Counted from the first letter of the stretch, positions 38,621 to 50,058 are shown. The stretch is DNA of 64,000 bases from Candidatus Kaiserbacteria bacterium (GCA_031423775.1 JANPGF010000011.1:31502-95501); one strand, 5' to 3'. Made by a program: numbers and translations. The notes: generated from the sequence alone by a model not told the origin.

Positions 38621-40372
38621 ATGCGTATTGCTGATGATCAGTTGAAACGTTTTATTCTCGACTCCAACCTTATTACTAAGGCGGATATTGCTGCGGCCGA
38701 AAAAGTAGCCAAAGACGAGAGTAGGTCACTCAGTGAAGCGCTCGTGTCCGGTGGACATATGACCGAAGACGACATGCGTCGAGTTGAATCGTATGTTCTC
38801 GGCATCCCTTTTGTGTCTCTCAAAGACATGAAGATTGATTTTGAAATATTGTCGCTCATTCCAGAGCCGGTCGCACGTACCCATAATATTATTGCGTTTA
38901 AAAAGACTGACCAAACGCTCGAGGTGGCTATGTTAGATACGGCAGATTTGCCAGCCATTGATTTCGTGAAGAAAAAGGTCGGGTTAAAAATTCAGCCACG
39001 TCTCACTGATACTGATTCCATGCGCGGTGCCCTCCGTCAGTATCAGAAAACGCTTAAAGATGAGTTTGGCGATATCATCATGCGTGATGCGAATGCCCTC
39101 AAAGTGGTTATTGATGAAAATGGGGAAGAGACCTCCGAAGCGGATTTGAAAAAGTTGGCGGAAGATTTGCCGGTAGTACGTATCGTAGATACGTTACTTC
39201 GTCATGCCATCATTCAGGGAGCGTCTGATATTCATATTGAGCCAATGGAAGATGAGGTGCTCGTACGATACCGTATTGATGGCATTTTGAATGACGCGAT
39301 GAAACTACCTAAAATTGCCTCAGGCACTATTGTGGCTCGTTTAAAGGTGCTTTCAAATCTAAAACTCGATCAGAAACGGTTACCACAAGACGGACGTTTT
39401 AAAATGGAGATGGATGGACAAAAAGTAGCCTTTCGCGTTTCAATGTTGCCAGTCTATTACGGAGAAAAAGTGGTTATGCGACTTCTGCGCGAGAACCGTA
39501 CCGGGTTTTCACTCGAAGGCATTGGTTTTCATGGTTCAACGCTTGAACGTATCCATAAAGCAACACGTGCTACTACAGGTATTATTCTGGTGACAGGACC
39601 AACTGGATCAGGTAAATCAACCTCACTCTACACGGTGCTCGATTTGTTAAATACACCCGAAGTCAATATTTCAACCATTGAAGATCCAATTGAGTATCAG
39701 ATGGCGCGAGTAAATCAGACCCAAGTAAAACCTGAAATTGGTTTTACGTTTGCCGCAGGATTACGATCTCTGATGCGTCAGGATCCGGATATTATCATGG
39801 TGGGTGAAATTCGTGACCAGGAAACGGCGAGTTTGGCAATTAACGCTGCGCTCACAGGTCACCTCGTGTTGGCTACGGTCCACACGAATTCTTCGGCTGG
39901 TACGATTGCTCGCTTGATTGATATGGGCGTCGAATCGTTTTTACTCGTGTCGACACTCCGTGTTGCTATTGGGCAGCGACTCGTGCGTAAACTCACTGAC
40001 GATAAAATTTCATACACGTTATCAAAAGCCGAGCGCGATGAAATTGCTACTCATGCGAATCTCGATTTCGTGTTGGCAACTTTGAAAGAAGAAAAAATTG
40101 TACATCCAGACGCTACCTGGAATGATATCCCGTTTTATCATCCAAAAGAAAAAGGTTCATCTGAAGATGGGTATCATGGTCGAATGGGTATCCACGAAGT
40201 ATTTGAAATGTCGGCGACAATCAAGGATATGATTATGCGTCGGGAGACTGGTGACGCGCTTGAAATCCAGGCGCGCAAGGAGGGGATGCTTACCATGATG
40301 GAAGATGGTATTTACAAAGCCGCCAAAGGACTTACTAGTTTGGAAGAGGTGCTTCGCGTTATTTCAGAATAG
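38621..40372 (+). CDS. pilB: Type IV pilus assembly ATPase PilB/GspE
   Basis: ASDIHIEP, GPTGSGKS, RQDPD, TGHLV. Confidence 0.93.
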   Translation: MRIADDQLKRFILDSNLITKADIAAAEKVAKDESRSLSEALVSGGHMTEDDMRRVESYVLGIPFVSLKDMKIDFEILSLIPEPVARTHNIIAFKKTDQTLEVAMLDTADLPAIDFVKKKVGLKIQPRLTDTDSMRGALRQYQKTLKDEFGDIIMRDANALKVVIDENGEETSEADLKKLAEDLPVVRIVDTLLRHAIIQGASDIHIEPMEDEVLVRYRIDGILNDAMKLPKIASGTIVARLKVLSNLKLDQKRLPQDGRFKMEMDGQKVAFRVSMLPVYYGEKVVMRLLRENRTGFSLEGIGFHGSTLERIHKATRATTGIILVTGPTGSGKSTSLYTVLDLLNTPEVNISTIEDPIEYQMARVNQTQVKPEIGFTFAAGLRSLMRQDPDIIMVGEIRDQETASLAINAALTGHLVLATVHTNSSAGTIARLIDMGVESFLLVSTLRVAIGQRLVRKLTDDKISYTLSKAERDEIATHANLDFVLATLKEEKIVHPDATWNDIPFYHPKEKGSSEDGYHGRMGIHEVFEMSATIKDMIMRRETGDALEIQARKEGMLTMMEDGIYKAAKGLTSLEEVLRVISE

Positions 40373-40384
40373 CGTACATTCATT

Positions 40385-41614
40385 ATGGCAATATTTACCT
40401 ATCAGGGTGAAGACAATGAAGGTAAAAAAGTAACAGAAACGGTTACTGCCGAAGATCGGTATGCGGTGTATGACATTGCCCGGACAAACGGACATACCAT
40501 CTCAAGTATTGAAGAGCAAAGTGGTTTTTCGTTCAAAAACTTGATCAATATGGAGGCCATCAATTATAAGATGGCTCGAGTGAAACAAGATGAATTGGTT
40601 ATGGTGACTCGTAATCTTGGCTCGATGCTTGTAGCGGGACTGACAGTAATCCGAGCGCTCTCGGTTATTGAGCGACAATCGAGCAATGCAAAATTGAAAG
40701 GAGTGATAAAAAAAATAAGTGCACGTTTAAATAAGGGTGATCAATTTAATGAAGCCCTAAAGGAGTTTCCAGAAGTTTTTTCTGATTTGTATATTGCTAT
40801 GGTGCGAGCAGGGGAAGAGAGTGGAAATTTAGCGGAATCACTCCAAACCCTTGCCGTACAAATGGAGCGCGCGTCAACACTTAAAAAGAAAATTAAGGGC
40901 GCCATGATGTATCCGTCAATTGTACTTACGGTCATGCTTATTATCGGGGTTCTGATGATGATTTTTGTTATGCCGCAAATTACGGTTGTATTTAAAGGGA
41001 TGGGTAAAGATTTGCCGGCAATGACACGAGTGTTGATAAACACCAGTGATTTTATGGTGAACTACACGGTGTTCACGATTGGAGGATTATTGGGATTTTT
41101 TATTGGGATGGGATATTTATTGCGTTCGAAACCTGGCAAGATTGGAACTTCCTGGCTAGTTCCGAAACTTCCGGTGATTGGCACTCTCGCTAAAGAAATG
41201 AATTCGGCCCGGACAGCACGTACACTTTCTTCATTACTGAATTCGGGAGTTGATGTGATCCAGTCACTCGAAATTACCGAAGAAGTAGTCCAGAATGTGT
41301 TTTATAAAAAGATTCTCCGCGATGCAAGAGCACGGGTAGAAAAGGGTTCAGCACTATCTGATGCGTTTATTGAACGTTCAGATCTGTATCCAATTTTGGT
41401 GGGAGAAATGATTTTGGTAGGAGAGGAAACGGGGCAGATTGCGGGAATGTTGGGTGAGTTGGCTATCTTTTACGAAACAGAAGTTGAGCGTAAAACGAAA
41501 GATCTTTCAACAATTATTGAGCCGCTCCTGATGGTGGTTATCGGAGGTGGTGTAGGATTCTTCGCACTGGCTTTGATTTCACCGATTTATTCAATTGGCG
41601 ATGGTATTAAATAA
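40385..41614 (+). CDS. pilC: Type IV pilus platform protein PilC/GspF
   Basis: GEESGNL, AMMYP, GEETG, IEP. Confidence 0.92.
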   Translation: MAIFTYQGEDNEGKKVTETVTAEDRYAVYDIARTNGHTISSIEEQSGFSFKNLINMEAINYKMARVKQDELVMVTRNLGSMLVAGLTVIRALSVIERQSSNAKLKGVIKKISARLNKGDQFNEALKEFPEVFSDLYIAMVRAGEESGNLAESLQTLAVQMERASTLKKKIKGAMMYPSIVLTVMLIIGVLMMIFVMPQITVVFKGMGKDLPAMTRVLINTSDFMVNYTVFTIGGLLGFFIGMGYLLRSKPGKIGTSWLVPKLPVIGTLAKEMNSARTARTLSSLLNSGVDVIQSLEITEEVVQNVFYKKILRDARARVEKGSALSDAFIERSDLYPILVGEMILVGEETGQIAGMLGELAIFYETEVERKTKDLSTIIEPLLMVVIGGGVGFFALALISPIYSIGDGIK

Positions 41615-43334
41615 CAAAACAACTACTAGAGGATTTGCTCTGATTGAGCTTTTGATAACAGCGGCTGTTATGTTGATTATTTTTGGTGGTATTTTTATTG
41701 GTTTTCGATATAGTTTAGATTTGATTACGCAGAGTCGGGCAAAATTATCAGGACTTACTCTTGCTAATGAGCGAATGGAATATCTCCACTCCTTGTCCTA
41801 CGATGCGGTTGGTACATTATCCGGTATTCCTGCGGGCGCTATTCCACAAGTCAGTACCACTTCTTTAAACAACATTGTGTTCACCGAAACGGTCTTAGTT
41901 GAGTACATTGATGATGCTGCGGATGGCATCGGGTTGGCAGATACTAATAGTATTACTACCGATTACAAATTAGCAAAAGTAACCGAAAGTTGGCAGACTC
42001 ACGGAGTGACACATGAAGTTTTCTTGGTGAGTAATATTATTCCGCGCTCCATTGAAACAAATGTAGGTGGAGGCACCTTGCGTGTTAATGTGTTTGACTC
42101 AAATGTGCAACCTTTACCAGGAGCTGATGTCCGAGTCTGGAATACGACTGGTACTACCAGTATTGATGTGACACATACCACTGATGCTACGGGAGTCGCA
42201 CTGTTTGGTGGCGCTCCTGCTAATTCTGGATATCAAATCAGTGTCACGGCACCTGGCTACTCTACCGATCAGACTTATGTTGCAACGACTACATTGCCTA
42301 ATCCAACAACGCAACCAGTTGCAGTTCGGGTGGCTGATATTTCAACAATGAACTTCTTTATTGATCGATTAAGTAATTTGTCGATTACGACGCTTTTGAG
42401 CAAGACAGCCAGTACTAGCAACTTTTCGTTTACATCACTTGCACAAGTAGCGAGTTCGACTGGAGTAACAACGTCTGGTAGTGCGCTTACGCTTACGTCT
42501 GCTGTTGGCGTGTACGCCAGTAGCGGGTCTGCCTATCTCGCTCCCATTACACCTGCGACACTGGCAAGTTGGGATGTCGTTACTGTTACAGCCAGCACTA
42601 CTGTATCAACCTCGGTAAAGGTATCGTTCTATACTGGTACCAGTACCTTTATACTTATACCGGATAGTGATTTACCAGGTAACAGTGCAGGCTTTTCAGC
42701 TACCACCATTTCACTAGCTGCGTTAAATCCTGTTACCTATCCAAGTATTGGAGTGCTGGTGAAACTCGGTACAGCCTCGTCATCCCAAACGCCGCAACTG
42801 AGTGCTCTACAGGTTGGTGTTTTGACAGCAAAAACCGTAGCCCCAGCAATACCGCTTGTAATTCGCGGGGCTAAAGCGATTGGTACGCTTGTTGATACCA
42901 CGCCCGTATATAAATACGCCACTACAACCAGTACCAACGGTAGTGGAATGAGAACGCTTGCTGCTATCGAGTGGGACGCCTACACTGTTTCTCCGAGTGG
43001 GTATGATGTTGCAGAAGCTTGTCCAGCAAATCCCTATGCGCTCACGGCTGGGGCCAGTTCTTCCTTAGAATTACTTTTAGCTGCAAATACACCGAACAGT
43101 TTACGAGTGGTTGTCCAAAAAATTTCTGGTGGTACGCTCCCCGGAGCATCAATCACGCTGTCGCGGAGTGGCTATACAAGCACTGCTATTTCTTCAGCCT
43201 GTGGCCAAGTGTATTTCAGTGGAGTTACCAATGCCAGTGACTATGATTTGACGGTTTCGGCTGCGGGATATACCACCCAGTCTTTTTCTGGGGTAAGTAT
43301 ATCGGGGGATGTGGTACAGACGGTAACCTTCTAA
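41601..43334 (+). CDS. Large prepilin-like protein with beta-sandwich repeats
   Basis: G-FALIE class III signal; S/T-rich domains. Confidence 0.8.
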   Translation: MVLNNKTTTRGFALIELLITAAVMLIIFGGIFIGFRYSLDLITQSRAKLSGLTLANERMEYLHSLSYDAVGTLSGIPAGAIPQVSTTSLNNIVFTETVLVEYIDDAADGIGLADTNSITTDYKLAKVTESWQTHGVTHEVFLVSNIIPRSIETNVGGGTLRVNVFDSNVQPLPGADVRVWNTTGTTSIDVTHTTDATGVALFGGAPANSGYQISVTAPGYSTDQTYVATTTLPNPTTQPVAVRVADISTMNFFIDRLSNLSITTLLSKTASTSNFSFTSLAQVASSTGVTTSGSALTLTSAVGVYASSGSAYLAPITPATLASWDVVTVTASTTVSTSVKVSFYTGTSTFILIPDSDLPGNSAGFSATTISLAALNPVTYPSIGVLVKLGTASSSQTPQLSALQVGVLTAKTVAPAIPLVIRGAKAIGTLVDTTPVYKYATTTSTNGSGMRTLAAIEWDAYTVSPSGYDVAEACPANPYALTAGASSSLELLLAANTPNSLRVVVQKISGGTLPGASITLSRSGYTSTAISSACGQVYFSGVTNASDYDLTVSAAGYTTQSFSGVSISGDVVQTVTF

Positions 43335-43336
43335 AC

Positions 43337-43969
43337 ATGGATATCTCAACGCTACAACACAGACAGGTTCGAACTCAATTAGGTTTTACGCTGCTTGAAA
43401 TGATTATGGTAATTGCAATCAATACCATACTACTGGCTGCAATCATGGGGTCAGTCACTCAAATATATAAAAACAATAGCTATACTTTTGAGCAGGCAAA
43501 TGAAATCGAAGCCGCACGTCGTAGTATTGGTATCTGGGTGCGTGACGCCCGTGAAATGACTCTCGGAGCTGATGGTTCGTATCCAGTCGCAGTGTTGCAG
43601 AATAATAAAATGGGATTTTATAGTGATATTGATCGCGATAGTAATGTTGAATACGTTGAGTACACTCTGAGTACTACCACCCTGACTAAAAAAACCTACA
43701 ATCCTGTGGGCACTCCGCCTGTGTATAGTACGACAACTCCAGATACAACTGACATACTTTCAATTTATGTACAAAATGGGTTACAAGGTGTGCCGGTCTT
43801 TACCTATTACAGTGCCACGGGTACGGTGCTGGCTTCACCATCAGCTATGTTGACTGACATGCGCTACGTCGTCATGAAAGTAATTGTAAATATTGACCCC
43901 ACCCGTTCCCCGGGAGAGTTTATGCTTCATGCGAGTGCGGCACCACGAAACCTCAAAGACAACCTATAG
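43337..43969 (+). CDS. Minor pilin (prepilin cleavage domain)
   Basis: G-FTLLE. Confidence 0.85.
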   Translation: MDISTLQHRQVRTQLGFTLLEMIMVIAINTILLAAIMGSVTQIYKNNSYTFEQANEIEAARRSIGIWVRDAREMTLGADGSYPVAVLQNNKMGFYSDIDRDSNVEYVEYTLSTTTLTKKTYNPVGTPPVYSTTTPDTTDILSIYVQNGLQGVPVFTYYSATGTVLASPSAMLTDMRYVVMKVIVNIDPTRSPGEFMLHASAAPRNLKDNL

Positions 43970-44002
43970 TCGTCCATCCACTAAGCCCTTATCTACGTTG
44001 TT

Positions 44003-44186
44003 AAATGAAGAAACGAGCGTAGCGACTATTCTGAATTTATGCCAGTACTTTGCCCCTCCCTAGGGCAAAGTATCGGCGCAGGTGTAAACCTGATACCGAA
44101 GGTTGTTCAAGAACTTTTGCCTAGAAAGGGCGAAAGTTGGAACTAATCAAAAGCATACTCGCTTCCGCTCGTTGTTTTGCTTAATC
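44003..44186. repeat. Modular palindromic element (family B)
   Basis: Shares AAATGAAGAAACGAG, GAACTTTTGCCTAG, AAAGTTGGAACT, AATCAAAAGCATACTCGC with 55044-55345. Confidence 0.75.
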
Positions 44187-44293
44187 TAAGGGATTATTGA
44201 ATGAACTTACATCGCGCAAGACTTTACGCTAGTTCTCACAATTTATGCAGAGCATTTAATATGTTATAAGTGTGGGTCTTGTATACTGGTGGT

Positions 44294-45736
44294 ATGTTTC
44301 GTTCTTCCGTTCGACCCCCTGCAGCCACTAGTGGTTTTCTTTTGGTATTGGTATTAGTATTTGGGGCAATCTTCTTTACTATTGCGAGTTCGTTTATTGT
44401 TTTTATTGTTATACAGAGTAAGCTTGTGGCGCAAAAAGTTGAGATCGAAAGCGCCGGGCAAATTGCTGAAGCTGGGCTAAATTATTATAAATGGTATTTG
44501 TCACACTACCCGAATGACACAACAAATGGTACTGGTTTGCCCGGCCCTTATATTGGAGTGTATAAAGATCCTGAAGGAGCTGCAATTGGCGAGTGGTCGC
44601 TTTCGGTTGCGAGTACCACCTATTGTGGCGATGTGGCATCGATTGACGTGACAGCGGTTGGACATACCTATGCCGCCCCGACTATCACTCGCAAATTGAC
44701 TGCCAAATATGCCCGACCTACCGTAGCGTCATTTGCGGTTATCTTAAATTCAAATGTTTGGGCAGGTTCTGATCGTATTATAAATGGACCATACCATTCA
44801 AATGGCGGAGTCCGCATGGATGGCACTAATAATTCTGTGGTGACGAGTGGTCAGTCAACCTGGTCGTGCGATCCAAGTTTTGGATGTACTCCAACCTCTA
44901 CAAAAAATGGGGTGTTCACGAGCACTGCTAATGCAGACGCTTCGCTATTTGATTTTCCTGCGGCCCCGATTAACTTCGCAGGCATCACGGTCGACCTCTC
45001 TTCAATGCAGACTCGGGCGCAGACGAGAGGAGGTTTATATATTCCTCCGTCAGGTGCGTATGGCTACCAGTTAAAATTTAACAGTAGTGGTACGGTATCA
45101 GTCTCTAAAGTGACGAATACAACTTTGTACTGGGGGTATACCACTGAAAATGGTTGGGTGCAGGAACGAAATGTGATTTCTGCCTCGACCTCAGTTGCAA
45201 CCTATACAATTCCCACGAGCTGCCCGCTTATCTTCGTCGAGGACAAAGTTTGGCTGAGTGGCACAGTGAAAGATCGGGTGGCACTAGCAGCAGCTGATCT
45301 CGATAGTCCTGGTGTCGACCCATCAATCATTTTGCAAGGAAATATCACCTATACCTCTGCAACTAGTTCTGGGTTCCTGGCAGTGAGTGAAGAGGATACT
45401 CTCATTGGTGTAAATGTTCCAACAGATATGTTGATAAATGGTGTCTACATTGCGCAAAACGGTCGGTATGGACGTAATCATTATGAAAATGGTGGAACAG
45501 GACATGCTCTCCCGGGAAGTCTCACTGTGTACATTCTCCGTAATTCTGAAACCATGAATGGCACTATTGTGAGTAACGGCAGAGTGGGTACTCAGTGGAC
45601 TTCGGGAGGTCTCATTGTGTCAGGATTTCAAACACGTACTAATACCTATGATAGAAATTTAATCGCAAATCCGCCGCCACTTATTCCGGTTACGTCTGAT
45701 GTGTATCAGTTTTCAGAGTGGCGTGATGGTAGTTGA
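44294..45736 (+). CDS. PilX-like pilus-associated protein
   Basis: SGF plus TM, IAEAG; beta-rich body. Confidence 0.7.
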   Translation: MFRSSVRPPAATSGFLLVLVLVFGAIFFTIASSFIVFIVIQSKLVAQKVEIESAGQIAEAGLNYYKWYLSHYPNDTTNGTGLPGPYIGVYKDPEGAAIGEWSLSVASTTYCGDVASIDVTAVGHTYAAPTITRKLTAKYARPTVASFAVILNSNVWAGSDRIINGPYHSNGGVRMDGTNNSVVTSGQSTWSCDPSFGCTPTSTKNGVFTSTANADASLFDFPAAPINFAGITVDLSSMQTRAQTRGGLYIPPSGAYGYQLKFNSSGTVSVSKVTNTTLYWGYTTENGWVQERNVISASTSVATYTIPTSCPLIFVEDKVWLSGTVKDRVALAAADLDSPGVDPSIILQGNITYTSATSSGFLAVSEEDTLIGVNVPTDMLINGVYIAQNGRYGRNHYENGGTGHALPGSLTVYILRNSETMNGTIVSNGRVGTQWTSGGLIVSGFQTRTNTYDRNLIANPPPLIPVTSDVYQFSEWRDGS

Positions 45737-45818
45737 TGAATATGATAGGTAAAAAACTACCCACTGCGGACAATTGTCCGCAGTGGGTAGTTTTGTTGTC
45801 GTGGTACAATTTCTGCAT

Positions 45819-46580
45819 ATGACAAAACATCATGCGCCACTTGTTATTGGTAATTGGAAAATGAATCCAGTTTCAATGGGAGAAGTTAAAACCATAATAA
45901 CCAGTCTTAAGACCGCCCTCAAAAAAAATACCGATGTTACCGTTGTTATAGCTCCACCCGCACTCTATCTTATGGAGGCAAAGAAATTGCTTGGTACGAG
46001 TCCAATTGGTCTAGGGGCTCAGGATGTGAATCCAGCTCCGATGGGGGCACAAACGGGTGAGCATTCCATTCCTATGTTGACTGGAATGGGAGTGACTACT
46101 GTGATTGTAGGACATAGCGAACGACGGGCACTTGGCGAGACTGATGAGATGGTGGGGGCAAAAGTGGCCGCTCTCATTAAATCAAAACTTACACCAGTAG
46201 TCTGTATCGGTGAACGAGAACGGGATGCTCAGGGTAATTTCTTTATGGTAATCGAAGCGCAGATTAAAACTGCTCTTGCTACTATCCCCAAAGCTCGGTT
46301 TAAAGATGTGGTTATTGCGTATGAGCCAATTTGGGCGATTGGTACCGGAAAGACGGCAACTGCTGAAGATGTAAATGAAATGCGATTATTTATTCAAAAA
46401 ATTCTGACCAAACATTTTGATCGGGCTTCAGCAGGAAAGATCTGCATTATTTATGGGGGTTCAGTCTCGGCTCAAAATGCAGCAGATTTATTTGTTGGTG
46501 GAGGGGTAGATGGATTTTTGGTGGGGGGCGCGAGCTTGCGTCCTCAAGAGTTTAGTCAAATTATAAGTAGTGTTCGATAG
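45819..46580 (+). CDS. tpiA: Triosephosphate isomerase
   Basis: GNWKMN, GHSERR, AYEPIWAIGTG, YGGSV. Confidence 0.97.
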   Translation: MTKHHAPLVIGNWKMNPVSMGEVKTIITSLKTALKKNTDVTVVIAPPALYLMEAKKLLGTSPIGLGAQDVNPAPMGAQTGEHSIPMLTGMGVTTVIVGHSERRALGETDEMVGAKVAALIKSKLTPVVCIGERERDAQGNFFMVIEAQIKTALATIPKARFKDVVIAYEPIWAIGTGKTATAEDVNEMRLFIQKILTKHFDRASAGKICIIYGGSVSAQNAADLFVGGGVDGFLVGGASLRPQEFSQIISSVR

Positions 46581-46589
46581 ATATACCGT

Positions 46590-47708
46590 ATGAAATCAAT
46601 TACAGAATGCCATGACTTGCGAGGGAAGTATGTACTCGTTCGTTCATCATGCAACGTACCTCTGGAGGATGGTGTGGTAAAAAATAATTATCGTCTCAAG
46701 CGGGCGCTTCCAACCTTGAAGTTTTTGCATGAACAAGGAGCTCGCGTGATTGTCATTGCGCATATCGGCCGAGATGAAAAGGATACGTTAAAACCAGTGC
46801 TGGCTGCTTTTCAAATGCTGCTACCTATGACATGGGGAGGTACAATAGGCAGTCCAGAATTTAGTACGGCCCGGGGTAACCTGCAGGACGGTGGCATACT
46901 GATGGTTGAAAATCTCCGCCAAGATGCTCGTGAGGCTGCGAATGATCCAGAATTTGCCGCCCTACTTGCATCGGTTGCCGACATCTATGTAGATGATGCC
47001 TTTGATAATATCCACCGCGACCACGCATCAATGGTGACGGTGCCTACTTTATTGCCCGCGTATGCAGGGATTACACTGATGGAAGAAGTGACGGAATTGC
47101 GTAAAGCGATGGAGCCTGCTACGCCTGCCCTGCTTATCCTCGGCGGCGCAAAGTTTGAAACCAAGATGCCTTTGATTGAAAAGTATCTTGATCTCTATGA
47201 CTACGTATTTGTTGGCGGTGCACTTTTGAATGACATTTTGAAAGCTGAAGGACATGTAGTTGGGCAGTCACTTGTGTCAGATGTTTCAATTGCTGGAGCA
47301 CCTTTTCTCGCGAGTGAAAAGTTGATAGGCGCGATTGATGTGGTGGTCACGAGTGATCGGGGGGTACGTACGGCTAGTATCAATGATGTTAAACCTGATG
47401 AAAAGATTACTGATATTGGTCCAATGACGGTAGCGGCTCTCGCGCCCTATATTGCCAAAGCGGCCACTATATTATGGAATGGACCAGTAGGAATGTACGA
47501 AGCCGGGTCACCAGGCAGCACCCATGCGGTGGCGAAACTGATTGCTGACGCGTCTGCATACAGTATTATTGGCGGAGGAGACACCGTTGCTGCTATCGAG
47601 GAGTTGGGACTGAATGAACAATTTGGCTTTGTGTCGATTGGTGGTGGAGCGATGCTCACTTTACTCGAGCTGGGTACGACACCCGCTCTCGAAGCGCTCG
47701 AGGAATAA
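46590..47708 (+). CDS. pgk: Phosphoglycerate kinase
   Basis: NVP, HIGR, GGAK, WNGP, GGGDT. Confidence 0.95.
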   Translation: MKSITECHDLRGKYVLVRSSCNVPLEDGVVKNNYRLKRALPTLKFLHEQGARVIVIAHIGRDEKDTLKPVLAAFQMLLPMTWGGTIGSPEFSTARGNLQDGGILMVENLRQDAREAANDPEFAALLASVADIYVDDAFDNIHRDHASMVTVPTLLPAYAGITLMEEVTELRKAMEPATPALLILGGAKFETKMPLIEKYLDLYDYVFVGGALLNDILKAEGHVVGQSLVSDVSIAGAPFLASEKLIGAIDVVVTSDRGVRTASINDVKPDEKITDIGPMTVAALAPYIAKAATILWNGPVGMYEAGSPGSTHAVAKLIADASAYSIIGGGDTVAAIEELGLNEQFGFVSIGGGAMLTLLELGTTPALEALEE

Positions 47709-47728
47709 GCAACAAAAAACCTCTCGTT

Positions 47729-48160
47729 TTACCGAGAGGTTTTTTGTTGCGTGAGTGCATCTGTTAGCTGTTGCGCTATCTGAGTCAATAGTTCGTCCGA
47801 AGCTTCGGTGCTTGAGGTGAGTGCCCGGCTCAGATTGTGGTCAGTTTTTGGCATTGGATAGATTTTAATGTGTACATGAGGTACTTCAAAACCTTCAACG
47901 ACAAGGCAGGTACGTTCCGTAGAAAATGCCCGATCTGATGCTTGCGCAATTTTCTTAGCAACAGTAAAAAGGTGTAAATAGGTTTCGTCGTCTAAATTAA
48001 AAGCGTAACTGACTTGTTGTTTTGGAATAACAACTGATTGGCCGTGTATTCCCGGAAATTTATCGAGTATACAAATGCAGTATTCATCCTCGTATATAAC
48101 ATGAGCGGGGATTTCACGGTTGATAATGCGTGTAAAAATAGATGGTGATTCGGTTGTCAT
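47729..48160 (-). CDS. HIT family protein
   Basis: SIFTRII..EIP; VPHVHI. Confidence 0.88.
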   Translation of the reverse strand: MTTESPSIFTRIINREIPAHVIYEDEYCICILDKFPGIHGQSVVIPKQQVSYAFNLDDETYLHLFTVAKKIAQASDRAFSTERTCLVVEGFEVPHVHIKIYPMPKTDHNLSRALTSSTEASDELLTQIAQQLTDALTQQKTSR

Positions 48161-48173
48161 AATAAAAATGATG

Positions 48174-48295
48174 AGAGCGTGATCAAAAGCGTCAGAGACA
48201 AGGCTTGCGAGAGAGGAAGCACGAGGCGTATGAATATACGATGAGTGTTTCCGAGCGAAGCATAACGCAGTATCTGGCGTTTTTGGACATGCTCT
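48174..48295. repeat. Palindromic intergenic element (family A-like)
   Basis: CAAGGC..GAGGCGTA..TACGATGAG..AACGCAG inside long inverted arms. Confidence 0.6.
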
Positions 48296-48322
48296 AAATA
48301 TGGTACCATAACGGCACTTAGT

Positions 48323-50014
48323 ATGTCTCTCTCCTTTGCTCCGGCGATTACGGTTGCCGCTAAAACGGAACTCTCGTCATTCGATCTTGATTTACAGCAA
48401 CTACTATTCAGTCGTGGTATTACAACTAAAGTAGCCGCGCAGGAATTTTTGAATCCTGACTACGAAACCCAGCTTCATAGTCCATTGCTCCTTAACGATA
48501 TCGTAAAAGCCACCACCCGCATTAAGGCGGCCATGCAGGCCGTGGAAAAAATTGTGATATTCAGTGATTACGATTGTGATGGTATCCCTGGAGCTGTGGT
48601 TGCGCATGATTTTTTCAAGGCTATAGGATATACGAACTTTGAAAACTATATTCCACACCGGCATTTTGAAGGGTTTGGTTTATCTATCGAAGCGGTTGAG
48701 AAGCTAGCAGCCGGGGGAGCGAAACTAATTATTACTATTGATTGCGGAACGGGAGATGTAGCGTCCGTAGCGAGGGCTAATGAACTCGGTGTTGACGTTA
48801 TTATTACCGATCATCATGAACCGCATGAGACCCTGCCAGCTGCTATTGCGGTCGTAAATCCAAAACTGGGCAATTATCCGTTTCCTCATCTATGCGGCGC
48901 AGCCGTTATGTACAAATTAGTACAAGCGTTGTTACAAACGAGTGACTTCAACGTAGCTCCGGGGCTCGAAAAGTGGTGGTTGGATATGGTGGGTGTTGCG
49001 ACTATTGCTGATATGGTGCCACTGGTAGGTGAAAATCGGGTATTTGCACATTATGGACTGAAGGTCCTCAGGAAATCGCGTCGCCCCGGACTACAGCAGC
49101 TGCTACGTAAAGCTAAAATGAATCAACTGTACCTCACTGAAGAAGATATTGGTTTTACAATTGGTCCTCGTATTAATGCCGCATCACGGATGGACGCGCC
49201 AGAGCATGCTTTTCAACTTTTGACCGCAACTGATGAAGGTGAAGCGGGTGCGTATGTTGAACGGCTCGAAAAATTAAATAACGAGCGTAAGAGTTCAGTG
49301 GCGCAAATGACCAAGGAATTGCATGTCCGCCTCGGGGAATTGACTGAAATGCCGCCCGTACTCGTGCTCGGTAACCCGCTCTGGCGCCCAGCGCTCGCGG
49401 GGCTGGCTGCGAATAAGTTAGCAGAAGAATACAATCGGCCGGTCTTTCTCTGGGGGCGTGATGGTAATGATTGTATTAAAGGCTCGTGCAGGTCTGGTGG
49501 TGGAGTGAGTGTCGTGCGCCTTATGAATGAAGTGGCGGAGGCATTTTCTGAACATGGCGGTCATCATATGTCAGGCGGCTTTGCGGTGCGTGATGAGCAC
49601 ATTTTTACCTTAAGTGACGCCCTGAATCAAGCGTATGTTACCCTCGGTGCAGAGGCTGTGGTACCAGTTGAACGTTTGATTGATGCAACGCTGTCTCTTG
49701 ATGAGGTGTTTGGTGAGCTGCGACGTACCTTGGCGGCACTAGCTCCATTTGGTGCAGGTAATCCAAAGCCACTGTTTGCTTTTGCCAATGTAATACCACA
49801 TACTGTCGCCCAATTTGGTAAAGTTAAAGAACATATAAAGTTGGAATTCAAAACAAAAAAGGGCCCACTTGAAGCCATTGCATTTTTTGCGACTGTTGCA
49901 GATTTTACGGTTACGCCTGAAGTAGACAAATCCTTCACCGTTCTTGCGCATGTGGAAGATTCATTTTTTATGGGTCGGAGACAGACGAGGTTGCGTATTG
50001 TTGACATTGTGTAA
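48323..50014 (+). CDS. recJ: ssDNA exonuclease RecJ
   Basis: DYDCDG, ITIDCG, TDHH, PRINAASR, GGH. Confidence 0.96.
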   Translation: MSLSFAPAITVAAKTELSSFDLDLQQLLFSRGITTKVAAQEFLNPDYETQLHSPLLLNDIVKATTRIKAAMQAVEKIVIFSDYDCDGIPGAVVAHDFFKAIGYTNFENYIPHRHFEGFGLSIEAVEKLAAGGAKLIITIDCGTGDVASVARANELGVDVIITDHHEPHETLPAAIAVVNPKLGNYPFPHLCGAAVMYKLVQALLQTSDFNVAPGLEKWWLDMVGVATIADMVPLVGENRVFAHYGLKVLRKSRRPGLQQLLRKAKMNQLYLTEEDIGFTIGPRINAASRMDAPEHAFQLLTATDEGEAGAYVERLEKLNNERKSSVAQMTKELHVRLGELTEMPPVLVLGNPLWRPALAGLAANKLAEEYNRPVFLWGRDGNDCIKGSCRSGGGVSVVRLMNEVAEAFSEHGGHHMSGGFAVRDEHIFTLSDALNQAYVTLGAEAVVPVERLIDATLSLDEVFGELRRTLAALAPFGAGNPKPLFAFANVIPHTVAQFGKVKEHIKLEFKTKKGPLEAIAFFATVADFTVTPEVDKSFTVLAHVEDSFFMGRRQTRLRIVDIV

Positions 50015-50058
50015 ATTCCCTCTATGCTGAGGGGTAGCGCAATTATGGAGAGAAATTC

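Noticed and set aside
45752-45794. Perfect palindrome as a mobile-element end
   Set aside because: A-tract/stem/T-tract layout just after a stop codon fits a bidirectional terminator, like many others in the window
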